From assembly GCA_008632985.1 (NCBI GenBank), contig QPGO01000114.1:186001-250000 (forward strand): a DNA stretch of 64,000 bases, given 5' to 3'. Shown piece after piece: positions 1-12,384 of this stretch. Numbering within the stretch: position 1 is the first letter of the stretch; the number at the start of each line of letters is the position of its first letter. The stretch is from Psammoneis japonica. Its lineage: Eukaryota. Position numbers and translations under genes: made by a program. The notes beneath the pieces were generated by a model that did not search any database, had not been told where the DNA came from, and worked only from the letters and a program-made list of their open reading frames with translations.

Positions 1-3000
1 GGCAGGGGAAGAAGCCTTCAGCTTGCAGGCAGTCGGCGAAGCGCTCGTGCCAGCGGAGACCGGAGCTGCGCAGTCCACACAATGCCTTGTGGATGACAAG
101 GATGTGTCCTTCGAGTTTGCCGAACTCGGGTCCAGCTACAATGTAAAGCTTCTCCTTGGTGGTGGCTTCAAGGCAGGCATTGCCAATGTCGGTGGCCCAT
201 GTCTCCAACTCGTTGAGTTCGGCCAGGAAAATCATCAGCCGAAGGCCACGGAGGGAGACTGCTCCGGAGCAGACACTGTCGACAGGTGCATCCGTGAGGT
301 GCCCGTCGGCTGCGAGTCGTGCCTTGTGGCGACCGTCGTGTTTCACGTCGCACACTGGGTGCACTCGGATCTTCTTGTGTCCCGCAGGAGGAGTGGAAGA
401 CTTGAAGGGCCCGCAGTCATGGAAGACTTCGTATTCGTCGAGTTGGTCCATCTCGAGATCAGTTGCGTCTCCCCACTTGCGATTGCCGTTGCATTCGTCC
501 AGTGACATGGCGTGTTTGCAGTTTCGAGGAACTTCGCATCCATGCTTGCAGTGAGGTGCAGTGCGGAAGGAGCGAAGCTTGGCTTGGTTGGCCATGCGAA
601 GTGGCTTCTTTTGGCGCCTCGCGATGGTGCGGAACTGCTTCCAGCCATCCGTGTCGAGGAGTCCGTTCTCTCGTGCATAGATGGCACAGGTGACAGGGTC
701 GTCCTTGGCGATGATGGCAAGAGGCTCGGACGTGATCTCCCCACTTTCCCATTCAAGCATGATGTTGTAGCTGGAGCCTTTCCAGGTTGGGTCGTGAGGC
801 TTCAGAGGTCCTTCGTGCGACACGATGCGTCGAAATTTCCAAACAGTGGCATCTTCGTCTTCTTGCTCAATGTGATTCATGATGTCATTGCAGGCAAGGA
901 CTTCCTCGCATTCGTCATTGTTGACAGAGCAGACGAACTCAGTGAGCTCGGGATTGCCGTTGACTTTCCATTCGTGGTCTTCGACGGCCTTGACGATGCG
1001 AGCTCTGTGGCGTTGTCCGTCCTCTTGTGGCTGCATGAGGAAGGCACGTCCAATGATGTCTTGCGGATCGAAAACTGGCATCTTGGGTGTCCTGATCTCC
1101 CCATCAGGAGAGTCGACGGGGTTGTCGTCATGGCGAGATTTGATGATGGGTTCAGGTGGCTCCCCATCAGGAGGATCAAGACGCAGGTTTCGAACGGCAG
1201 GATCGGGGGTGGCGGAGCGGACGTTGGACCGGCAGAGGATCTTCTGAGTCTCGTCAGATAGAATCTTGAAGGTCATCTGGTGGCCGACATGCTCAGCAAT
1301 GCCAACGAAGCGTCCACGCAACTCACGGGATTCAGACGGCCAATCGGAGTCATCGAGGTGGAAGCACATGGGTTCCCACCAATGAAAGCAAAGCAACGGG
1401 CTGATGTCCGGGGTGGAGCCAGTGAGAGTCTCGAGGGGCGTGCGCCAGTGGAGACGTGGGGACGCTGTGTGGTTGAGCATGAAGCACACGCACATGAGCG
1501 CCAGCAGCCATGCATGGGCGGGCGAACCAAAACGATCCATGACAGTGTTCGCCATGCGCTTCACGGTCTGGTGTCGACGTTCGGCAAAGTTTTGGTGTTG
1601 CTGGTGAGGCTCACTTTGCCAGCTAGAGATGAAGAGGGCGCGCAGGATCCCGAGCACTTTGTTGCTGATCTCAACTTGAGCACGGTTGCCAATGAGTTTG
1701 GATGGGGCACCACGTTCACGGATCTGATCCTCGAGTGTGTTGACAAACTCTTTGTCTGTCTCAGTGCCGCAGACGTCAGTGACGGCAGACTCGGTGCCAA
1801 CAAACAGTTGGGCGCTGGTGCAACCAGAGTCGACGGCCGGGGTGTCGGCACAAACGGTGTCAGTGGCGACAGGCTCGTTGCGGCGGTGCACATTGAGGGC
1901 GGGGTTGGGTGATTTGTGGGCCTTGCGAAGGTGTGCACCGGCGGGCATGCGGGCGCACTGCGTGGTGCAGTCAAAAGTACGACGGACCGCATCGGCAGGT
2001 GAGAAGCCAAAGCAAGGCCGAAGAGACTCGAAGGGGGGGTCCTTGGGCTGCACAGTGCGCGCCGGAGGTGGAACGTCGTCGCCCTGGGGGCCAATCGCAT
2101 GCAGATGACACTCGCAGAACACGTCGTCGTTCGGAATGAGGTGATCATCGAGGGCGGACGCGTGATCGGCAGACAAGGAAGCGGACATGATGGTCTTGTT
2201 GACAACGACACGATGACGGCAGTTGCCGCATTCGTCAAATGGGTTGGCAGTGGGATCGTCCTGCAGGTCAGAGATCGCGTCGTGCCACTGGTCGTCGTCA
2301 GCGACAGAGTGATCGAGGACGGAAGGGTCCCATGTGTCATCACCGGTGAGGATGACATGGGGCAGGGTGTCCCATTCGGCGTCAGTGCAAGGTCGCATGG
2401 CAACATGAGGCAGGCCGGCCTTGATGTCAATGGGGATGACATGGCCATCAGGAGTGGCAATGTGTTGCAAGCCGTTGGGCACCTTGACAGAGCGATCATT
2501 GACATCCTGTTTGCACCATTCGAGCTGGCCGCAGGAATGGATGGTCTTGCCCTTGCCCGTGCATGCGCACTGATGGAGGATGGCGATGACGGGACCACGC
2601 TGGGTCTCAACAACGGCACCAGTGGTGACAATGGGGATGTCCACCAATTGATGATCGTCAATGCCCTGAACGTCGACTTGGCGAGAGGTGCGTGCAATGA
2701 CGCAAACGTCGTCGCCAGCAATGCCGCCGTTGGTCCCACGATCGACTAGAGCACCAGTGCGTGTGGAGCGATGAGCAGAGGCAGAGCAAATGACATTGTG
2801 ATTGTCAACGCGGCGGCAAGTGCGGCCGTTGAGTTCCATGTCATCTGCAGAAGCTGGCGGGGCAGAGGAAGCGGCGGATGGCCCCGGTCGACTGGCATTG
2901 TGGGCTTGGTTAGGAGACAACAGACGTTGCAGATCACTGGGTGGCAGTGGCTTGCGCTTGGTGAGGTGTGCCAGGATGGGATTGTCCGAAGTGGCGCCCG

Positions 3001-4438
3001 CATGTGGAGCGGAGTCACCAGAGTCAGCAGGAGTCGTGTTGGACAAGTTGACATCACCGTCAGTCCCAAGGCGTTGGTCATGAAGGTTGGCCGTAACAGA
3101 CTCATGGTGGTCACTGGCTCGCGGGTTGCAGGGAGGTGGGCGAGAATGCTCAAGGATGATCGCCTTGGAGGAATCGGGCAACGAATCCCAGAGCCGTTGG
3201 TGGTCGGGAGGGAGACGTCTCCATTGGACACCGGCGAGGCTGGGACCGCGGGTGCAGGCAGCATTGGCCTGAAGGACGTCAACGTCGCTGTCAATGTCGC
3301 AGAACACATCATCGGACGGTTCCTCGGAGCAGACGTCATGTGCGTGTGTGGCGCGTCGGGGAGCTCGAGGTGTCATCTTGGGTTGAAACGTGCTGTCGCA
3401 CTGAGCTGCCGCGGAGAGGAGCAAGCCACAGTGTTGATCGTGTGTGAGGCTCTTGCCACTCTGCGTACGATGCTGATCAGCTTGGCTCTTGACAGCACGG
3501 AGTTCCTCGGCAGGGTGCACGGCATTCTCGAGCATGACGCGCTTCTGTCCTTCAGAGAAGTGGTCGCTGGCCGGGATGAGTGCCTCGCACTTGCGCAACT
3601 GATCTTGCCAATGAAGGATGAACCCGTGGGTCGGACCTTTCCAAGTGCCATCACCAAGACGCGCGGTGGTCAGGTGCATGAGCAGGGTGGAGGACTCGAC
3701 AGATGCGCGGGTGGAGGCAAGCGCGCACTCAGACAAGGAGCGGTGGACGGTCTGTGCGTCAGAAGACCCCACATTTTCGCGAATGAGAGCTTTGCCCTTG
3801 TCGGTGAGGAGGATGCGTTCGAAGACGGCGAACATGCACTTTTGCTGTTCAGCAAAGAGCAGTTTGTCTTCGGGGCTGGTCGGTTTGTACGACGAGTTTA
3901 GAATGCACTCGACGTCTTGGGCACGGGCTTGTGCCACAAGTGAGGTGTGCCAAGTGTGCCACTGCTTGTCGGATTTGAGAGCCGTGAAAGCGGTGGGATC
4001 ATGCTTGATGCCTCGCTTGAAGTCCCGCACCGGGTCGCGTGCCTTGGTCGGGTTGGTGACATGTGGAGGTGCAAGGGGTGAGCTGCCGATGGACACAGAA
4101 GACATGCAGTCGGGGCTGAGGCGGCAGGCAAGGAACTCGTCATGCGTGAACAAAGAGGAGTCGTTGGCAACGTCAAGACCTTTGTGTGCTTTGACAATGT
4201 ACAGACTGACTGGTGCTGCTGACATGTTCTTATAACCACGGGGCAAAGGGATCACATCAGTGCCATTGTCACACTCAAGCGAGTCGATTTGGGACGGTGT
4301 GAACGTGAACAGTTCCTGATGCGAGTCCGTGCCGTCTTGGGCCAAAGCCAAACGAAGAGGACTCCCAGCACCTTGGGCAAGCACGGTTCCAACCACATGC
4401 TCGAAACCATCGGTTTGTTGCTGACGAGTGAGAACCAT
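1..4438 (-). CDS. copia gag-pol polyprotein (partial, Tyr-depleted; probably inactivated by missense)
   Basis: ATG at 4438 (MVLTRQQQTDGFEH). The KALCGL codon at 77-79 is in the same frame, and the ORF track lists no stop-terminated ORF in this frame, consistent with one open frame to the window edge. Confidence 0.75.
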   Translation of the reverse strand, partial: MVLTRQQQTDGFEHVVGTVLAQGAGSPLRLALAQDGTDSHQELFTFTPSQIDSLECDNGTDVIPLPRGYKNMSAAPVSLYIVKAHKGLDVANDSSLFTHDEFLACRLSPDCMSSVSIGSSPLAPPHVTNPTKARDPVRDFKRGIKHDPTAFTALKSDKQWHTWHTSLVAQARAQDVECILNSSYKPTSPEDKLLFAEQQKCMFAVFERILLTDKGKALIRENVGSSDAQTVHRSLSECALASTRASVESSTLLMHLTTARLGDGTWKGPTHGFILHWQDQLRKCEALIPASDHFSEGQKRVMLENAVHPAEELRAVKSQADQHRTQSGKSLTHDQHCGLLLSAAAQCDSTFQPKMTPRAPRRATHAHDVCSEEPSDDVFCDIDSDVDVLQANAACTRGPSLAGVQWRRLPPDHQRLWDSLPDSSKAIILEHSRPPPCNPRASDHHESVTANLHDQRLGTDGDVNLSNTTPADSGDSAPHAGATSDNPILAHLTKRKPLPPSDLQRLLSPNQAHNASRPGPSAASSAPPASADDMELNGRTCRRVDNHNVICSASAHRSTRTGALVDRGTNGGIAGDDVCVIARTSRQVDVQGIDDHQLVDIPIVTTGAVVETQRGPVIAILHQCACTGKGKTIHSCGQLEWCKQDVNDRSVKVPNGLQHIATPDGHVIPIDIKAGLPHVAMRPCTDAEWDTLPHVILTGDDTWDPSVLDHSVADDDQWHDAISDLQDDPTANPFDECGNCRHRVVVNKTIMSASLSADHASALDDHLIPNDDVFCECHLHAIGPQGDDVPPPARTVQPKDPPFESLRPCFGFSPADAVRRTFDCTTQCARMPAGAHLRKAHKSPNPALNVHRRNEPVATDTVCADTPAVDSGCTSAQLFVGTESAVTDVCGTETDKEFVNTLEDQIRERGAPSKLIGNRAQVEISNKVLGILRALFISSWQSEPHQQHQNFAERRHQTVKRMANTVMDRFGSPAHAWLLALMCVCFMLNHTASPRLHWRTPLETLTGSTPDISPLLCFHWWEPMCFHLDDSDWPSESRELRGRFVGIAEHVGHQMTFKILSDETQKILCRSNVRSATPDPAVRNLRLDPPDGEPPEPIIKSRHDDNPVDSPDGEIRTPKMPVFDPQDIIGRAFLMQPQEDGQRHRARIVKAVEDHEWKVNGNPELTEFVCSVNNDECEEVLACNDIMNHIEQEDEDATVWKFRRIVSHEGPLKPHDPTWKGSSYNIMLEWESGEITSEPLAIIAKDDPVTCAIYARENGLLDTDGWKQFRTIARRQKKPLRMANQAKLRSFRTAPHCKHGCEVPRNCKHAMSLDECNGNRKWGDATDLEMDQLDEYEVFHDCGPFKSSTPPAGHKKIRVHPVCDVKHDGRHKARLAADGHLTDAPVDSVCSGAVSLRGLRLMIFLAELNELETWATDIGNACLEATTKEKLYIVAGPEFGKLEGHILVIHKALCGLRSSGLRWHERFADCLQAEGFFPC

Positions 4439-5361
4439 GGCAGACAAAAGTAGTGTCAGGACAATCAATTCTGGTTGGGAAGAGAAGGTGGACTCGAAAC
4501 TTGGGTGAGAATGGACTTGACTTGAAATGGACTTGACTTGAAATCTTGAACTGTCTTAAAATCAGAAGTCACCGGGCTTTGTTGTCCCGTTCGTTGTCAA
4601 GTGCTAAACTTCCTGTCCGGTCCGCAGAGTTGTGCCGGCACGTCCGAACCCGCAGCCAGCGGCGCTTTGGGTTGCTTGCGAGCGGAGCAGCGGGTTGTAA
4701 ACCCCTGCAGGCAAGCTGACTGGAGGTGGACAAGACCCCCGAACCATTCTCATTTTATGTCGGTTGGATTTCCCGATCAGGCTGGCCAGTTGACGCAGGC
4801 GTCAGGCGCTGTGGACGAACGAACAAATGTGGGAAAGCACCCTCGCCCCAACGCAGGCTGCAATCACGGCTGCTTGCTCTCACAGTCGTCCTCGTGGACC
4901 TGGTGGAACTGCAGAGCACCAGCAGTCCGGGGTGGATCAGGTGCAATGGACTCGGTGTGCCTGCAGAGTGGCAGCAAAACCGCAGTCCGAAGAGTGGGTG
5001 CAGGTTCTTGGCCGTGAAGATGTGCATGCATGTGTGTGTCTTCAGCGACGAAGATCCTTGAACATGTGGGGTTCTTGACCGTTAACCGATGAACAGGCAC
5101 ATCAAGGGATGAGGATCAAGGACAGACTTGGATGTGACCGTTGAGTGCATGTCTTCAGCGGTCAAAGGTGGCATGATCAATCCAGACATCCAGCGGCAAG
5201 GAGACTTGACGGTGACGTTAACTTCCTGCCGATGCCCTGGTGTCGAATGCGCGTAGACTTGCCGATGTATGTAGAACACACACGGGGTCCACGCAGAATT
5301 GAAATGGCGTCGTTGGTAAATCAACGACGACGATGGCGGTTGCTCAATGGGTTGACAATGA

Positions 5362-5376
5362 GCAAGACTGTTAATC
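5362..5376 (-). promoter_or_regulatory. Primer-binding site of copia copy 1 (complementary to a tRNA-Asn anticodon arm)
   Basis: Plus strand reads GCAAGACTGTTAATC and abuts the LTR; identical to copy 2. Confidence 0.6.
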
Positions 5377-5650
5377 TGACAGAAATTGAAGGCAAATGGC
5401 AAGAATTCAAACAACAACTCCTCACTGCTGTCTAAATGGCAGATGAGTCTCCGCTCAGAGACCGTCACAGGAGCCGAGAGACGTGTAAGTCGGCACAATC
5501 GGGCCACTGTCATTATTCTTGTGAGCCTTGTGGCTCGAAAGCAAACTACATCGCGCGTGAACGCGCGGAACTAAAGCACACAAAACTGTGCACGGCAAAC
5601 CAAACAGCGCGACACTTCGCGCGCACCCAAATCCTGTTCAAATCATGTCA
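5377..5650 (-). repeat. 5' LTR of copia copy 1 (TGACA...TGTCA)
   Basis: Matches 48005-48280 and 54837-55113 in reverse complement. Confidence 0.93.
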
Positions 5651-5769
5651 TCGACATCCGATCAACTCTGTGTGATCGTTCTGTCCTTTGCACGCATCCA
5701 CGACTGTGGTGCGATTGACATGCAAATGACATGCAATCATGGACATGTGCGTGACAGTCGCATGCTGCA
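5651..5769 (-). repeat. Retained part of the gypsy 3' LTR (TpA-mutated)
   Basis: Ungapped match to 10026-10144 with 14 differences. Confidence 0.88.
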
Positions 5770-8700
5770 TTCGCCTCCCCAATTGCACATTAGAGTCATT
5801 TGCAAGTGGATTGTTCGACGGACATCGACAGTGTCAATGATGTCTCCACTTTCACTGCATTGTGCCATTGGCAATGACTGTTGTTGTTTTGTGTGGGCAA
5901 CACAGGGCCATTCCAATTTCCGGGTGTCTTTTGAGAGTGACATTGTTTGTTTCTCACTTGACATGCATGTGTGTGGTGTTGCGTCGAGTGTTCTCATTGA
6001 CGTTCTTGTTGATGTGAACACAAGGACTAATTGTCCTGGAGCAAGTGTTTCTCCTGACATCGATTGTGCATGGCATCGTGCCCAGTGCTTAATGTGCGCT
6101 CTCAATTGTGGCGTTCACTTGCTCACTTGTGGATTTCATGTGGTTTGGCGGGCTCACTTTACATGCCACATTGCTCTGCTGCACTGCCACGTTTCACAAG
6201 TGACAACAAACGATGGTCAAAGACATCACGACCATTTCGTCTTGACAATCAATCCTGTGATGGTCATGAGTTCCATTGTGGATTTTTTTTTTTGTGCTTC
6301 AACCATCTGTCAGTTGGATTTTAATCGTTGTTTGGACGTTTCTTTCTGACATGCCGGTGCCATTTTGTCATTCCGAAGGCACTGCTTTCGTGCACCAAGT
6401 GGACAAATGTCCATTTTTCTTTTCTTTGTCTAGATCTTTGGCACATCTCGTGTGTCGACATGATGTGTGTTTTAATGTCTTGCCTCGCACATTGTACAAT
6501 GCAACCGTGCGGGTGTTGTGAGATTGTCTTTTGCCAGTGTGAAGTGGATGCGTACAATGCATGCCAATCTGTCACTGTTTTTTTCCTAAATCGTCCTTTA
6601 AAAAGGCGATTTTGTCCTTGTGACATGAGCATTTTTCGATCTCGCTCGCCTCCACGAAAAGTGTTCGTATGATGTGTCGCGTCCGACAATTTGGAGGGAA
6701 TGTCTTTATCCCGTTTTAACGGCAGGACATTGTCGTAGGATTCAATTTTCTACAGTAAGTCGGCTGATCGCGTCTGTCACGACGATGTTCGCCTTGCTCT
6801 CGCTGTGTTTTAATTCGGGGCTGAAGTTTTCCATTGCAAGTCGTCAACGTGTGACTTTGTCCGTTGTGTCTTATGATCCGTGTGCACACAAATGTGTTGG
6901 CCAAACAGCACATTTCGGAATTTTACAAGTGTTTTCACCATGGACAGAAGTTCTTTTTTCCGTTGTAACGTGTGACATTGAAATCCGTGCATGACAACAA
7001 CGCAGTTTTTGATTTGATGCGCTCCACATTTTCGGAGACTTTTCGTTCTGTACTTGCACTTTTGCCGTTTGACCTTTGTTGAGGTGAATTTGGCTGGCAT
7101 TGCACAGGAGATCGTTGAGACTGCATGTCTCGACAACAGCAACGTATGACAACGAGATGTCGCAGTGTTCTTTGCGTTTTTCTCGTGTTGCGATTGCTTG
7201 AATCGCCTCCATTTTCTTTGTAATCGATTGCATGTCGTTGCGCATGGAAGTCTTGACAGTTTTTTTTCAAGTCAAACAGTGAAGGACTTTTGTTGTCAAC
7301 CTTCTGAGCGACTGTTTTAGTCGTTTGAATGCCGCACTGAGCTGTCACTTGCACAGGTGACATTTTGAAGTCACTTTTGTCAGGCACAAACGATCACATG
7401 CAGTCGTTCTGACAACTTCAAACCTGTTGTGAGTTCACTCAAGTGTTGCACAAAAATGTCTGGGGCTCCACAGATTCTCGTTGGAAGTCCACAGCACTCA
7501 TTTTCTCCCCACGGCATGATTTTCGTGTGAGCACGACGTGTGCTTTTTTTATTTGACATGGTGGCATTCCATGTTTGAATCAAACAGATCACACACATGA
7601 AACGTTCTTGCTTCAACAGCATTTCCTGAACATTGGGCAAAGGATGCACCACCTGCATGAACCTTGTGCTGAGCTTCTGAGTGTCGGGTGCGGTCAAACT
7701 CGACCTGTTTTCTTTGGACAATGAGTCTCAGAGCGACTTGTTCAGAGCAATTTCATTCTTAAGACTTCAATCTTTCACAATGGGTCAAACTCCTTTTGAT
7801 TGGACGCCTCCAAAGACTGTGACAGGAGAAGGTTCTCACGCGTCGTGGAATCGCGTCAGATTTTCCACGATGAGATCCACTGATGCTTCCCATGCATTCG
7901 TCTGAGGAACTTTTCAAAACGATTTCAACCTCTTAAGAAGAAGATTGAGTTGGTTGTGTTCATTTGGGTTAGATGCATCGCCGTAGTTGTCACTTGATTA
8001 AGATCGATGGCGTGATGATGTGAGTCGAGGACCATTGGTTCCGTTATTAACTCTATTCACGGCGTCATATTTTTCAATGTGATCGGTTTTCAGCTTGAAA
8101 ACATCGGCATCGAAGAGTGTATGAACATTCTTCATAAGGTAATTGCTTCTTCCCATTAGATTTCTTCATTTGCGTAGTCCAATATGACTTGTAGGACTGG
8201 ACATTAAGTCGCGTCCCATGATCATATCATTTGAACCTGAAGAAAATTTGGTGTTTTCAACATATACTGTTTGGATATCAGTATGCCTTAAATTTCGCAT
8301 AGTGAGAACTGAATTCGGTGTTTACTATCAGTCGTAAAGAGCTCACCCTCGGTTTCCCAAGTTTTTGGTGGCGGATTCTTGTGTTCTCAACTTTCGCACG
8401 AATTTGCGCAAAATTATGGTTGACGATGTTCCGTTATCGATAGGAACACGTAGATGCTTTTTTTTTCTCTCCTTTCCCAAGGAAGTATTCATATAAATGA
8501 TGACTCCTGGACTAGTATGAATTATTTCTGCCTTTTTTCTAGGCTTCCTAATATCCAGTAAAGCATATAATTCGTGAATAGACCAAAATTATTCTTCGGA
8601 TTCAGTCTGGATCATCCGATCAAATTGGTATTTTTCTTCACTGAGGGTATCAGAATCTGATTCTTTGCCCTTATGCTCTTTTTCTTTGTTCAAGGAACTC

Positions 8701-10025
8701 GCTTTGAGTATTTTTTGAACCGCCTGATCAATCATGACGTTCATCTCTTTTTTTGCGAGCGGCATTTTCGTTATCGCGACGCGACCGCGTGCGATTGCCA
8801 TTTGAACGGCGCATTTTTGGGTCTCTTTCAGAGTCACCCTTGCACTCTTTTGCTAGTTCATTTTTAGAATAGCTTCAATCCGTGATGTAGGTATTCTTTT
8901 TTCAAAGATAAGACCTTGCATTCACTTTGGATTGTTCTGGCACCATGTGGGAGACCATTTTTGGAACCAAATTTGGAACCTTTTTTATTTTGGAACCAAC
9001 TGCGCTATCAGAGCCTGAGTTGATATGTTTTTTCGTCACGGACGTCATGAACGACCTTTAGATGACTCAAAACTTAATCAGCTCATCAAGGATGAGTTGC
9101 AATAGTTGATTGTTTTGGACAGTAGACTGATGCTGCCATCCTTGCGGTGCGAGTGATAGCTGATAAATCAGCGCTCGGTTTCCCGCTAGATTCGACTTAG
9201 AATCCATCTGAGGGTCGCATAGACTCTCATCATTGACCTCTTGGGTCTAACAGAGGCTTTCTTGCTGTCAAGCAGCTCTGGTTTCTTCAGATCGTCTTGA
9301 AAAAAATAATTCTGATTCTGAAGTGCAATTCTTGGAAAGACATGAGACATGAGACTCTTGAGGTACTTTCCAACGGTTCCATCTTGCCCTTGGACTCGAG
9401 GCTCGTTGATTCGGTCTCCAAAAACTCTCCAATAGTCTCTCCTTGCATACCAGACGTATTTCTCGGACCTGATCGACTCGGAACTTGCATTCTCTGCAAC
9501 CATGACTTGGTGTAGATTTTTTGATAATGCGGTGTACTTGAAAGCCCTTGATCCTTGGGTGCTTGGAATAGACCGTATTAAAGCGAATCCTCTTGTCTGG
9601 TAGACGAAAAACAGCGTTCCATCTTGAGGTACTGCTCGGCTTGAGCTTCTTCCGCTCGGAAATCGATTCCAGCAGAACTGATGCGATTCGTTCCTGTTTA
9701 TAGAAGAATTTACAAAGGCACATTAGTTAAAATTTTCATTTTCCGTGCTTTTTACCTTCTGTGGTGTGTATACACAATGCACTATGCTCGAAGAACGAGT
9801 GTAAACGAAAGTAGAATAGTGTACGAAAAGTGGAAATTATAAGATTGAATTTTGCTCTGTGATTTTTGGTTTCTCCGAACGAGTTCTCAATGGCCTAAAG
9901 CTTCTGTACTGCTTCTACAGACAAAAGGCCTTTCGGAGAATATATTCGTGACAACAGATTGTCCGGATACGATTGCTATTGACACGTAAGATGTCAACAT
10001 CGTCAATCGATCGTATTTGCAATTC

Positions 10026-10144
10026 TCGACATCCGATCAACTCTGTGTGATCGTTCTGTCCTTTGTACGCATCCACGACTGTGGTACGATTGACATATAA
10101 ATAATATATAATCATAGATATGTATATAACAGTCGCATGCTGCA
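10026..10144 (-). repeat. Part of the gypsy 5' LTR (TpA largely intact; inner boundary not determined)
   Basis: Ungapped match to 5651-5769. Confidence 0.85.
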
Positions 10145-11396
10145 CTCTTTGCACCACATGTGACAAAGCCAAAAACATGGGCTGAGAAACACAGACAGAG
10201 CCAGGTTCAGCTCAACTGGCCACCCAGAATTCAAGCAGGGGTGCAGCCGGAATGAAGAAGGCTGCAGGTCAATTTGAGGTCCCAGTGGGAACTTGCTTTG
10301 CATGTTTGTTGACAGCCTGCTGCAGAAGCCATGGCTGCGCTGGAAACCCAAAGGTGGCGGTGCGTGATGGGGCAGATCTCGCAAATTCTCACAAGATTTT
10401 GTGATGCATGAGGCCAAAATTTGAGTGCAGCATCTGACAGCATGGGTGGGGAAGGCCAGTGCTTGTTGCCAGCGATCTTTGTGAAGATCTTTTGAAGAGG
10501 ATGACACTGCATTTTCTCGCTTTTGGAAACTTCAGAGAATTGTTTGAACACAGTGGGGCCAAACCCGCCAAAGTGTGCATTGAATTTTGGAGAACAAAGA
10601 AGACACAGATCTGCAGCAGTGGCCAAGCTGGCGGGGCAAGGCTCAGAAAACAAACTGCCCAAGAAGCCGTGGCGGGCTGGCAGCAAAACACTCCTCACAA
10701 AAGATGCCGCTGTCAAGCTGCCACAGACTGACAAAACTCCACAGTCGCATGCTGTGGGAGCTTTGCTGTAAAAGCGCAAAACCACAGCGCCTCAAGTCAC
10801 AGGTAGACAAGCTGCTTTGCAGGCAGAAGCCCAGCCAAGGGCCGCAAGTTGACAGCCCCACACAGTGTCTTCTCTTTTTCTCCTTTTTCCTTCTTTTCCT
10901 CTCTCTCTCTTCTCCTTTCTCCTTTTCAGTGTATTCTTCTGGGCCGCCTCCGGCGGCCACCTCTTTTATTCTTCCCACATGCTGAAATCTCCTGGCAGGA
11001 AGGGCTTCATGAGAGAGGTGTGATCCCTGTGCATCGATCACGCGCACGCACCAAGTCAGGGGAAGGCGTCGCGTGTGCACGATGCACGGCACGCGTTTAG
11101 AGCTGGTGACGTGTTCGCATGATGTCTTTTAAACCCGACTGACGTCCTGCCATTTTTAGAGAGGTTTGACACGGCGGAAGTTTTCTCATTTCTCATTACA
11201 TGTTACTCGTACCTATTGTTCATTTACCATGAGGTTTCTGTTGCATGCTGCCAAAATTCCATGCGTCGTTCCAAAAAATAATGCTGTGGAACGAGGTGCG
11301 ACTCCTGCTCTCTGTGCTCTGCTAGAGAAACCTACCGTTCAGACCGTCAGGACTCTTTCGCCGTTAGAAAATAAGCAAAATGACACAAAAAATGCC

Positions 11397-12188
11397 ATGA
11401 AAGCATGGGGACAGCAATGTTCTCCGTCGTGCGGCTGCGTTGTTCGATTTGAAACTAACGTGGATACAGAGACAGACACAATTCTGGATGCATCTTATCA
11501 TGCCAAGACGATTATGACAACGGTCGTGAACGGAAGGTTGGAGCCGATCCGCACCGAACGTACGCAACGACCACTGGTGACAGACTGCAAGTGTAAAACA
11601 CTCCACGAATTAGCTACAGTCGTATCCAAGTCAATTGAATCTGAAAAATTATCGACGGTGCGCAACATGACGGAATTTCGTGGCGTTCGTTCTTCCGTTT
11701 CCTTTCGTCGTGCTGTCTTGAACCATCATGAACTTCCCCGAACAGACACGCATTGCTTTGATTTGCTTGAAGAAGCCTTTCTTGCCATGGTTCGAGGACA
11801 CATGCCCAGCCCTAGACGAAGAACATTGAATATGGAACGGGTCATGGAAGAAAATCAAAACCAACAGCACGAATCTTCTCCACAAACAGAAAGTGACGAG
11901 AGTGGGAGCTCAGGCAGCGGCTACCGGTACGGAATGGATCGGACCAGCATGTCCATGTCGTCGTCATCATCTTCCAGTGCCATGTCGGCGTTGCAGCTGC
12001 TTGATCTCGACCCAGAATTGGCCTACGCAGGAGCCCCCGTTTCCAAACATGAGTACAAGGATTTGCTAGAGCGACAAGAGCAAGTTGAAAACTCTCACAA
12101 CGACACTGCTCCTCGCATCTTGGACTGGGAGTCCTACGTGGATGAAATGACGCGTGCCCAAGAGGATGCAGTGGAAGATGCGGTGTAA
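11397..12188 (+). CDS. Hypothetical protein with weak IscU/NifU-N-like N-terminal motif
   Basis: Normal codon content (Tyr present). CSPSCGCVVRFETNVD..TILDASY loosely resembles the IscU PxCGD..L.IKV..I.DA.F segment. The start could be upstream (11229). Confidence 0.6.
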   Translation: MKAWGQQCSPSCGCVVRFETNVDTETDTILDASYHAKTIMTTVVNGRLEPIRTERTQRPLVTDCKCKTLHELATVVSKSIESEKLSTVRNMTEFRGVRSSVSFRRAVLNHHELPRTDTHCFDLLEEAFLAMVRGHMPSPRRRTLNMERVMEENQNQQHESSPQTESDESGSSGSGYRYGMDRTSMSMSSSSSSSAMSALQLLDLDPELAYAGAPVSKHEYKDLLERQEQVENSHNDTAPRILDWESYVDEMTRAQEDAVEDAV

Positions 12189-12384
12189 GCATTGTTCATA
12201 ATTTCATTCTTAAAATAATAGAGATTTCATTAGTTGTATTCTGTTAGTTCCTTCTGACCTCGAGCTGTTGCGTTTTTGTTTGCAACTCTTTTGCGCTCTT
12301 CTCATGATTTTATAAGTCGGTACTGCTGCGCTTAACTTTCTACAACGCTCTGTGATTCGTTGTTCTACTATTTTCTATTTCGTT

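Larger units (their letters stand above)
1..5650 (-). mobile_element. Ty1/copia LTR retrotransposon (CoDi-like), copy 1, running off the left window edge
   Basis: Reverse complement is near-identical to the complete element at 48005-55113. 5' LTR at 5377-5650, then gag, protease (LVDRG), integrase and RT N-terminus (KARL, KALxGL) in copia order. Confidence 0.95.
5651..10144 (-). mobile_element. Decayed Ty3/gypsy LTR retrotransposon; 3' LTR interrupted by copia copy 1
   Basis: Minus-strand fragments VHPLPNVQEMLLK and IMPWGENECCGLPTRICGAPDIF (RT) and KELLSMVKTLVKFRNVLFGQHICVHTDHK (gypsy RNase H). Direct repeat 5651-5769 = 10026-10144. PPT-like GGGGAGGCGAA on the minus strand at 5770-5780. Confidence 0.85.

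Noticed and set aside
512..3901. Long plus-strand ORFs antisense to the copia pol (mirrored at 49679-53824)
   Set aside because: Shadow frames of a GC-rich, TA-depleted coding strand.
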